NCBI GenBank assembly: GCA_002269645.1
Contig: NIVC01000762.1
Span: 224,638-288,637, forward strand
Length of the DNA: 64,000 bases
Origin: Macrostomum lignano
Lineage: Eukaryota
Direction: 5' to 3'
The notes beneath the pieces were generated by a model. It saw only the letters and a program-made list of their open reading frames with translations. It searched no databases and was not told the origin of the DNA. The position numbers and the translations under genes were made by a program. This document shows, one piece after another, positions 1 to 8,978 of the stretch. Position 1 is the stretch's first letter, and each line of letters begins with the position of its first letter.

Positions 1-1113
1 AAGACAGCCGCCTCGAGACAGCTCGAACTGGAAGCCGCACTTTGGACACGAGCTGCCCCGACTCTCCAGGAACTGCGCCAGTCCGCGCTCGCTCAAGTCC
101 GTCTGCTGACGCCACTCGCCGAACTGCTGGCAGCTCACGCCTCGGTGCCGCTCGTGCCACGCCTTGCCGCACTTCCTGCACGTCTCCTTGCCGCAGTGCG
201 GGCACCGCACCTGCCTGTCGTGGTGCTCCGACACCTCGAAACCGTTCGAGCACCCGCTGCACCAGCAGAAGTTGTCCGTCAGCTTCAGTCGCCAGTCGCG
301 CAGTCTCTCATCCAGCTTCTTCATCACTACGGGCTTCAGCTTGCCCGCCAGCAACCTCTGCAGCAGCGGAAAGTACTCGCACGACGTGTCCGTCAGAGCT
401 CGGTCGTCCAGCTTGTCGCACACCGGACACGTCAGCACCGACACCGAGCTGTCGTGCATCAGGCGCACCTCGATCTGCTGGCACAGACAGTCGCTGCAGA
501 CCTCGCAGCCGCACAGGGGAACCTCGACCAGCTTCTTCTCGTCGATGCACACCGGGCACTCTTTGCTAGCAGTAGTTTCCGTTGGAGATGCTTTAGAGTT
601 TCGAATAGAAATCGCTCTGAGCGGTCGAATTTGATCCCACTGCAGCACACCTTCAGTAGCCCTGTGAGTAGGGTAAAACGGCTCCAAACTCCTAGTGAAA
701 ATGTCATCCGCTTCTACAGCACCCGTGTCCTGCTCTTCTGCTAGGCGTCTTCGGAGACCCGAGGAGCTGCTTGTCTCGCTCATCCGTGTTTTTGAAAATC
801 GCTGAAACATATCTCTGAAAGGTTCGGCTGCTGCATCCGTTTTGGGGTCTCGCAAGCTCCACGAATCACAGGCTGCATCGTCAAAACGTTGCCTGTGGTG
901 CTGATTTTTACGAGACTTTGGCTTGGGTGCCCGTTCAAGATGCTGTGCTCTCTGCTGTCGCTGGTGCAGATCCAGAAGCTCCTCACAAGAGACTGACTTG
1001 GAACACACGCTGCAGATAATGCGAATTTTAGGATTGGAAGTGTCGCACGTAGCCGAGTTGATAAATGTGCAGTGCTGGCACTGCCACTCAATGTTTTGGC
1101 TAGCTGATGCCAT
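1..1113 (-). CDS. HOIP/RNF31-like RBR ligase paralog 1 (NZF-like + RING1-IBR-start of RING2), truncated by the window edge
   Basis: ATG at 1113 (MASASQNIEWQCQHCTFIN...). The frame stays open to base 1 and ends ...ELSRGGCL, with the catalytic Cys codon at 4-6. Nearly identical to 5716-6830. Confidence 0.85.
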   Translation of the reverse strand, partial: MASASQNIEWQCQHCTFINSATCDTSNPKIRIICSVCSKSVSCEELLDLHQRQQRAQHLERAPKPKSRKNQHHRQRFDDAACDSWSLRDPKTDAAAEPFRDMFQRFSKTRMSETSSSSGLRRRLAEEQDTGAVEADDIFTRSLEPFYPTHRATEGVLQWDQIRPLRAISIRNSKASPTETTASKECPVCIDEKKLVEVPLCGCEVCSDCLCQQIEVRLMHDSSVSVLTCPVCDKLDDRALTDTSCEYFPLLQRLLAGKLKPVVMKKLDERLRDWRLKLTDNFCWCSGCSNGFEVSEHHDRQVRCPHCGKETCRKCGKAWHERHRGVSCQQFGEWRQQTDLSERGLAQFLESRGSSCPKCGFQFELSRGGCL

Positions 1114-3110
1114 GCGATTTGGTGCTGCAAGCTTGCAAACCTTTGCTGCAAGGAGTTTATTTAAACAAAATTTAGTCAACTTTGAACTAAAAGGATAATC
1201 AGTTTGAGAAAACAATGTTGGAAAGCTTGCAATATAAATTTTTAAAACTTAGGAGGAACTCAAGAATATCATAGTAATGTAATATAATATAGGTAAATAG
1301 TATCCTATACTACTCATGTTAGATATATATCATAAGAGCGATTAGATTATGTATATTTTGTCAATAAACACCCGCCCCATATGCTCTTTTAGTAGTAAAA
1401 GTAGCGCTTTCAGCTGTTATCTAATTCAATAGAGAGTGGCATATCTAGTGACTTTAGCAGCTCGTAGTAGTACCAGTGGCCTCTACCATTAGCTAAATAT
1501 TTTCGTTAACTTTACTATGTAAAACTTATAAAGAAAAAAACGATTTGAGACTTGCAATGCAATGCGAAGGCAATTTAAATCTCAAAAGTATATTTTATAA
1601 AAATATTTTAAGCCATCTTGTTAAAAATACCGCTGTTGACTTAAAAAAATCAATTATTGTAGCAAAATATGAACTAGGATAAAAATAATTGGACAATAAA
1701 TTTGATTGGCCTAATTTGGAAACTTTTAAGAAACGTATCAACAGTGAGCATACCGGTATACAGGTACACACTTAAGGTGGAAACTTATGAAGGCGAAGAC
1801 ATAATTCTAATTCTAGACAAATTGGATTTTGAAAAAAACTTTAAACAAATCAAGAATTTAATACTAAAATCATTAAGGCTGATTAACATTATCATAGAAT
1901 GAGCAATCAAGTCGCACTATCGATGTAAAAAGGAATGAAAGCTGCTGTAGGAGTTACGAGCGTAACCACACGAAATTGGACCTTTATTTGATTTGATGTC
2001 AGTGTAAACAACACTTTACCTCTTTTGACGAACACACTTAAGAAAACTTTATTTACTAGCAGTCGAAAAATAGTGTCACGAAAATTTCCTACAAACAACT
2101 GCGTGTAGTGACGATTGAAAGTTTTCAAAATACACTACAAATCGATTGAGCATCAATTGATTGCTTGTTTAAGCTAATTCATTTTACTGCCATTATTCAT
2201 AGAACAAGCTTAAAATCAACTAATTGTCTACGCAGTAAATTGACTCAAATGTAATTAACTGTGTACCTGCAAATGTCATGCGACACAAAAAAGAAAGGAC
2301 ATCAAAACAACGAGAAACAAATACAAAATGGAAATATATAATAAAAATACTAAACGATGCTTTTTACACGTGCTTTCTTTGATTTCTTTCTAGCAAGCAG
2401 TTTCTGCCTACACTGCTCACTTTGGCAAGTGGCTTTTATCTACTTGTCGAAACTTGTCTCTGACAATGCTCTTAGTGCTTGAGCAGCTAGAATGCATTGT
2501 GCGCTGAAACTTACAAGAAAATATTTTTTAATTAAGACAAAAATTCGGCCGCAAGTGACGCCCGCCCCTCGGCCCTCGCCCATACAGCGAAGACGGGGTG
2601 AAAGGCCCCTGGCTAGAGGAAGGGGCAGATAAAACGCACGCAAAGTACTCGTACACAGAGTGCACAAAGCTGTCCCAGAGAGAGCAAAGTGACTCATAAT
2701 AAAACACACATATGCTTTGCCTACGGTAGTGTAATCAAAACACTTCCTCGAGAAACCTACACCACCACCTATCGATCAAAAAAGTAAGTGACAATGCGCT
2801 AGTATGCAAAATTAAAGTATACAAGGGCTATAAACAGAGAAAAAGTAAAAAACCATCAACGATTCATCACTTGCATAAAATCAAAAAGAGTCAGAAGTTA
2901 TTGAACATAGGAAACTTACAAAACTTCTCAAAAAAATCAGCAAAATACATGTTGTTTTAACAAAATTATGAAACATTTTAAAACAATAACTTGAACACAT
3001 ACTCGAAACGAGCATTTCAGATTTTGTAACATGGCAATTTAAAATCAAACGTTAAAGCCGCGAAGGAACGAATAGCTCGACTAACTGTTTTGTTCATCAA
3101 CGTTCTACAT

Positions 3111-4835
3111 TTACACCAAAACTTCTTTCTCTTTGCTACCCAACAGCGGTGGCACCATTTTTTTTAGCCGGTCGCGGTAAACTCTCATCTTCTCTCTTGC
3201 AGCAAAAGCAGGGTTGGAGGCGTTGACTTTCGGCAGGGCCAAACCAAACCTTCTGAACATCTCCAGCAGCTCATTCTCACTGGCAACATCTACTAAATCA
3301 AGCGCGTTTGCATTGATGAGCTGAATTAGATACTCACGGTAGTGCCTGTCGCATATACCCGGCTTGTTATGAGAAACTTTTTCGGTACAAGGATATATAC
3401 CAATCAACTTTCGTTCTATCTTCAAATCAGGAAGCTCACAAGCTTTGTTAACTTTTGAGCATGCTTCGCTTACTTTAATCTTATTTCTCCTCAACAAATC
3501 AAGTAGAGTCGTCTGTTTTACTTGCTTCAAATAAAAGTAGCACTGGCGCTGGTGGTGCACATGAATTCCTTTAATTTGGCAGCCTTCGTGAGGTCTCAAC
3601 TGAGGGCTTCGACAAAATGGACAGAATGAATGCCCACATCTGCAGTGAAACACAGGAACTCCAGATTTGGACACTCGTTGGTAGCAAAGAATGCAGACTG
3701 GGCAAACCAAATCAAAAGTCAGAAGCTCCATCATCTGATCGTGCAGGTTTGCGTCAGTAGGCGAGAAGCCTTGCTTTTGAGCAGCTATGTGCATTTCGTT
3801 ATAATCTCCTTTTTGTTGAATACCTGCTGCATAATCCCGATAACTGCTGCAGCCCATCCGATAGTGATCAACCCAGAACCCGAAGCATTTCTTGCAGGCA
3901 TTCCGTTTGCAAACTTTGCAGTAACTTTCGCACTGCCGAGTGTCCATTTTCGGTAGTCCACCATTCCTATGAGGACAATAACCATTCGAAGTGTTTAATG
4001 GAACTGTCGAGGCATCTTTAGAGGCTTTTGATTTTGTCCCTTTCTTTCCTGCGGCTTCGACCACTTCCCAACCTTCGTCGCTATTTTTGCTTGAATTTTC
4101 TTCAAGGTGCACCACTGCATACTCCACAGTGTCAGAGCCAAGCAAATCCGCCATTTCCATCAGCTGCATCCTCATGAAATCCCGACTGTCTTCATCATCG
4201 CACACATCCTTGCAGACAGGGCACTGAATTCTGCTGCTTTTCAGCTCAAGAAGAAATTTCCGAAAACACTCTGGACACATTTGGCACTCGCATGCTGCCA
4301 TGGCAACAAGTTTGTGACGCGGTAAATCATTCGAACAGCGGCTGCACTTGCGACGCAATTGGCTCAGCAGAGCATCGTCTTCGAACGCTAGGACACCACA
4401 CGACTCAATCGCAACTGCAAGGTCTGATTCGGAAAACTCGTTAAACTTGGGCATGCTTTTGACAGCCAGAACTCTCTCTGCTACCCAGTCTTCCACTCTG
4501 AGCTGCAAAGCCAGGTTTTGAGCTCTATCGGACCATTCGATAGAATCGCTTCCTGCTGCTCCGACTGCAGCACTGGCGGCTGATGTGGCTGCGGAGGTCA
4601 GCATGGACGCAGCAGCAGCGGCTTCACTGCGAGCGACTGCGCCTCCTTTAGTGGTTCCACCACTGAGTTCGGTAGTCTGTGCGCAAGCAGAGCAAATTCC
4701 AAGCCCAGTTTCTGGCTGCGATGGAGCCGGGTTCACCAGCGTGCAGTGATTGCAGACCCAGCTACCGTTGCTTTGAGAATTGTTTTCTTGGAAATTTTGA
4801 GAGGTTACATTTGAAGGAACATTTGTTGCATGATG
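3111..4835 (-). CDS. HOIP-like paralog 2, 3' part: NZF-like + degenerate catalytically dead RBR-LDD (type C), in frame with 4836-6830 across a TGA
   Basis: Open for 574 codons directly after the TGA at 4836-4838. RING1 reads CSRC..MAACECQMCPEC..CPVC. RING2 reads CPVC..SKSGVPVFHCRC..FCPFC..HVHH..C and lacks the GGC-x-H motif. LDD-like GICDRHYREYLIQLIN. Confidence 0.75.
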   Translation of the reverse strand, partial: HHATNVPSNVTSQNFQENNSQSNGSWVCNHCTLVNPAPSQPETGLGICSACAQTTELSGGTTKGGAVARSEAAAAASMLTSAATSAASAAVGAAGSDSIEWSDRAQNLALQLRVEDWVAERVLAVKSMPKFNEFSESDLAVAIESCGVLAFEDDALLSQLRRKCSRCSNDLPRHKLVAMAACECQMCPECFRKFLLELKSSRIQCPVCKDVCDDEDSRDFMRMQLMEMADLLGSDTVEYAVVHLEENSSKNSDEGWEVVEAAGKKGTKSKASKDASTVPLNTSNGYCPHRNGGLPKMDTRQCESYCKVCKRNACKKCFGFWVDHYRMGCSSYRDYAAGIQQKGDYNEMHIAAQKQGFSPTDANLHDQMMELLTFDLVCPVCILCYQRVSKSGVPVFHCRCGHSFCPFCRSPQLRPHEGCQIKGIHVHHQRQCYFYLKQVKQTTLLDLLRRNKIKVSEACSKVNKACELPDLKIERKLIGIYPCTEKVSHNKPGICDRHYREYLIQLINANALDLVDVASENELLEMFRRFGLALPKVNASNPAFAAREKMRVYRDRLKKMVPPLLGSKEKEVLV

Positions 4836-6830
4836 TCAATGTAGTTGCCGATTCTGTTCTTTCTTCTGTTGCTCTCTCAGCTGTTGCTCTCTCTGCTGTT
4901 GCTCTCTCTGCTGTTGCTCTCTCTGCTGTTGCTCTCTCTGCTGTTGCTCTCTCTGCTGTTGCTCTCTCTGCTGTTGCTCTCTCTGCTGTTGCTCTCTCTG
5001 CTGTTGCTCTCTCTGCTGTTTCTCTCTCAGCTGTCGCTCTCTCAGCTGTTGCTCTCTCAGCTGTTGCTCTCTCTGCTGTTGCTCTCTCTGCTGTTGCTCT
5101 CTCTGCTGTTGCTCTCTCTGATGTTGCTCTCTCTGCTGTTTCTCTCTCAGCTGTCGCTCTCTCAGCTGTTGCTCTCTCTGCTGTTGCTCTCTCTGCTGTT
5201 GCTCTCTCTGCTGCTGCTCTCTCTGCTGCTGCTCTCTCTGCTGTTCAGCCCGCTGTGGATTCATCTGCTGCTCAAAAAAATCATTTGCTTTATCTTGACC
5301 TTCAATTTTACCTCGCTGAGTCAAGAGCAAAAACAAATTCTGCTGCTCTCTCAGCGTCTTCTTGTTGCCATGCATGGCGCTGGCCAGGGCCTCCTTGAGG
5401 TGCGACTCGCACAGACCCGACTCGACCACCGGCCTCCCGCACTCCCCGTCCTCCAAACCGCCTCCTGACGTCTCCTTCTGCTCCTGGACGCTGCACCGAC
5501 CTACAGCGCCCGCCACTCCGACAAGCTCCAGCTGAACGCCCCGCTCCAGCGCCGCCTGCCGAACCTTCTCCAACGGCCAGTCTCTGAACGTCTCCACGCA
5601 CTCCGACCCGTGGTGGCAGTGGAGTCCCTTGTTCCCGCCGCAGCACTCCTGTCGAACAAACAGACTGCCGCAGTCGCTGCAGAACTCCGCCTTGCACTGC
5701 CTGCACGTCAGGTGAAGACAGCCGCCTCGAGACAGCTCGAACTGGAAGCCGCACTTTGGACACGAGCTGCCCCGACTCTCCAGGAACTGCGCCAGTCCGC
5801 GCTCGCTCAAGTCCGTCTGCTGACGCCACTCGCCGAACTGCTGGCAGCTCACGCCTCGGTGCCGCTCGTGCCACGCCTTGCCGCACTTCCTGCACGTCTC
5901 CTTGCCGCAGTGCGGGCACCGCACCTGCCTGTCGTGGTGCTCCGACACCTCGAAACCGTTCGAGCACCCGCTGCACCAGCAGAAGTTGTCCGTCAGCTTC
6001 AGTCGCCAGTCGCGCAGTCTCTCATCCAGCTTCTTCATCACTGCGGGCTTCAGCTGGCCCGCCAGCAACCTCTGCAGCAGCGGAAAGTACTCGCACGACG
6101 TGTCCGTCAGAGCTCGGTCGTCCAGCTTGTCGCACACCGGACACGTCAGCACCGACACCGAGCTGTCGTGCATCAGGCGCACCTCGATCTGCTGGCACAG
6201 ACAGTCGCTGCAGACCTCGCAGTCGCACAGGGGAACCTCGACCAGCTTCTTGTCGTCGATGCACACTGGGCACTCTTTGCTAGCAGTAGTTTCCATTGGA
6301 GCTGCTTTAGAGTTTCGAATAGAAATAGCTCTGAGCGGTCGAATTTGATCCCACTGCAGCACACCTTCAGTAGCCCTGTGAGTAGGGTAAAACGGCTTCG
6401 AACTCCTAGTGAAAATGTCATTCGCTTCTACAGCACCTGGGTCCCGCTCTTCGCCTATGCATCTTCGAAGACCCAATGTGCTGCTTGTCTCGCTCATCCG
6501 GGTCCTCGAAAATCGCTGAGACATACTAATGCTCAAAGGTTCGGCTGCTGCATCCGTTTCGGCGTCTCGCAAACTCCACGAAGCACGGGATTCATCGTCA
6601 AAGCTTTGCCTGTGCTGTTGGTTTTTACGAGGCTTTGGCTTGGGTGCCCGTTCAAGATGCTGTGCTCTCTGTTGTCGCTGGTGCAGATCCAGAAGCTCCT
6701 CACAAGAGACTGACTTGGAACACACGCTGCAGATAATGCGACTTTTAGGATTAGAAGTGTCGCATACAGACGAGTTAATAAATGTGCAGTGCTGGCACTG
6801 CCACTCAATGTTTTCACTAGCTGATGCCAT
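4836..6830 (-). CDS. HOIP-like paralog 2, 5' part: NZF-like, RING1-IBR-RING2-LDD (cassette A), Gln/Arg/Glu repeat linker; ends at an in-frame TGA
   Basis: 664-aa ORF with WQCQHCTFIN, CPVC..CDCEVCSDC, FCWCSGC..CPHCGKETCRKC, CPKC..GGCLHLTCRQC..FCSDC..CC..HCHH..C, FRDW, RCSVQEQKE..DGECG..LCESH. These match the HOIP RBR-LDD motif order. Confidence 0.88.
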   Translation of the reverse strand: MASASENIEWQCQHCTFINSSVCDTSNPKSRIICSVCSKSVSCEELLDLHQRQQRAQHLERAPKPKPRKNQQHRQSFDDESRASWSLRDAETDAAAEPLSISMSQRFSRTRMSETSSTLGLRRCIGEERDPGAVEANDIFTRSSKPFYPTHRATEGVLQWDQIRPLRAISIRNSKAAPMETTASKECPVCIDDKKLVEVPLCDCEVCSDCLCQQIEVRLMHDSSVSVLTCPVCDKLDDRALTDTSCEYFPLLQRLLAGQLKPAVMKKLDERLRDWRLKLTDNFCWCSGCSNGFEVSEHHDRQVRCPHCGKETCRKCGKAWHERHRGVSCQQFGEWRQQTDLSERGLAQFLESRGSSCPKCGFQFELSRGGCLHLTCRQCKAEFCSDCGSLFVRQECCGGNKGLHCHHGSECVETFRDWPLEKVRQAALERGVQLELVGVAGAVGRCSVQEQKETSGGGLEDGECGRPVVESGLCESHLKEALASAMHGNKKTLREQQNLFLLLTQRGKIEGQDKANDFFEQQMNPQRAEQQREQQQREQQQREQQQREQQQREQQLRERQLREKQQREQHQREQQQREQQQREQQQREQQLREQQLRERQLREKQQREQQQREQQQREQQQREQQQREQQQREQQQREQQQREQQQREQQLREQQKKEQNRQLH
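4860..5245 (-). repeat. Coding 15-bp tandem repeat (QREQQ) linker in paralog 2
   Basis: (ctgttgctctctctg)n on the + strand, about 25 units. Confidence 0.9.
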
Positions 6831-8320
6831 GCGAGTTGGTGCTGCAAGCCTGCAGGGATTTGCTGCAATGAGTTCAGTTAAACAAAATTTAGCTAAATTT
6901 GAATTAGAAGATCGTTAGTTCAAGAAAACAATGTTTGAAAGCTTGCAATATTAAAATTCTAAGGCTACGAGCTATGAGCTTCTCAAAAATATCATTGTAA
7001 TATAATACATTAAATAGAACGATATAATATTCGACTCACTTTAGATATAGATCATACGATCAATTAAATTAGATCAAACTCTATTAAAATGCATCCCATT
7101 TATTCTTTTCAGTAGCAAAATCGGCTTTTTCTGCATCCATCTATACGACTGGCAAATCTAGTGATTTTAGCAGCTTTTTAAACCTACGGCTACTGCCGCT
7201 AACTAAATATTTTCATAAATTTTACTGTGTAAAACTTAAAAGGAAGTAAAACGACTTGGCACTTGCAAAAATATTCTAACAATGCGAAGACAATTAAAAG
7301 TCGAAATTGTATATTTTATAAATAAAAATTTGTATGATCAATTGTAAAAAATATAACCGTTGTCCAATTGAAAAATATTGCAGATTGTAGAAAAATATGA
7401 ACTCTAAGGATGAAAAATCATTGGACAATAATTTTGATTGGCCTAGTTTGGCATTTTAAGAAATGCACAAACAGTGAGCGTGTACATGTACCGGTACACA
7501 CCCAACAACCTGTTAAAAGTTTCCATCCCGAAACAAGTGGTCAAATTTTCCCAGCTCTCAGTCCCAAGTGACGCAATCCACACTACGCCTGAGCGGTTCT
7601 CTTCTTAACTATGGGCGATGCAGTTTGCGCCACAAAGCCCAGCTGAGGCTGGTGAGGAGAGAGTGGAGTTATGGCTGGAGTTGGATTAAAACTGTCATTT
7701 GTTCACCATTGGATTGAAAAAATTAGAGTTGAATGAAAATCAGCCGATACTACTGGTATAAAGTATCGAAACTAATACGGTAAAGTTCGGCTTAGTCAGA
7801 GTACAAAACGGAAGCGTAGCACAAATAAATGGTTAGTATAACTTAAATTATAGTCTCAAATGGAAATAAAATCCAGATAAAATAAAAAAATTTGGATAAT
7901 TTGAAACGATTTAAAATTGTGTCACGATAAAATGGCCCATACGGTAAAAATCTACTGTAAAAAATTAAAATAATAAAATAAAAAATCAAAGACATTGTTT
8001 AGACTTAGCTCATGCAGATAATTTTCTAGTTCCAATGTTTCCTTGGATATCAAATAAATAACTAAAAAATTAAACATTGAAAAACCCATTCAAAGAAATA
8101 TTTTGAGGATTTTTTCTTAGTTTAGTTTTCAGATTGTACACTCGTATAAGATTTTGACTCATTTGTTCCGTTAATACGGGTGTTAGGGTGTGAAAAAACA
8201 AGTTCAAAGTATTTGAAATTAAATATGTCTATTAGCGAAAATTTTTATTTTAACTAACTATTAAATCGATCCATTAACAGTAGAATTACAAAAGATACTA
8301 CGTTTTTACTACCAAAAAAC

Positions 8321-8809
8321 TTTTTATGCTGCGCTGAACGGAGCAACGCAGGCAACATGCATACCTTGTTGCGAATTTCTTTATTTTCGCCGATCGAACC
8401 TCGACAGTGGGTAAACCTCAACTGCTGGACATCCTCAGCTAGTCTCTCAAAGCATTTCCGTCCATAGTCACCTGATGTTACCTGTTGAAGGTCAAGAAGC
8501 TACGCCTGTGTGAAGGCATGTGACCAACGAAGTCAAAGCTGATGTAGACACGTGGCCGTCGTGCTAATAAAATTTGGAGGCTTGGAACGGCTGCACTGAG
8601 AAGCAGTGCTGATTGGCGCAGAGGGGAGCATTGAATACAATAGGGCTTAAGAGAAAAATCCAATCTTCTAGCAGGATCGTCGAGTATCTCGACGGTCTGG
8701 AATGCTGGCGACTTGATTGTTGTTTAAAAAGTTGCGCAGCAAAAAGTTAGCCAGAAAACGATCTTTAATTTCGTTTTCCTGCGTTGCTCCGTTCCAGGGC
8801 AGCAAAAAA
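8321..8809. mobile_element. MITE-like insertion with ~30-bp imperfect terminal inverted repeats
   Basis: Left gctgcgctgaacggagcaacgcagg (8328-8352) is the inverse of right cctgcgttgctccgttccagggcagc (8778-8803). The segment of about 8275-8880 is absent from the homologous flank of the canonical gene near 29060. Confidence 0.55.
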
Positions 8810-8978
8810 TTGTCAGGGGGGATTCCCCTCTTGGTAGTTCGACGGACGGCAAAATGGCTCTGTATTCCTACTGCTACGAGCGTAATTTGATACAGAGTAA
8901 TCCTATTCATGAAAATGTCTGATTCGAAAATAGGGAACATCTCTAAAAAATATTAGAAGAGTGTACCGTCATGGTGAG

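Noticed and set aside
4836-4838. TGA as selenocysteine
   Set aside because: Homologous positions are Glu or Gly in a low-complexity linker, not Cys, and no SECIS could be recognised.
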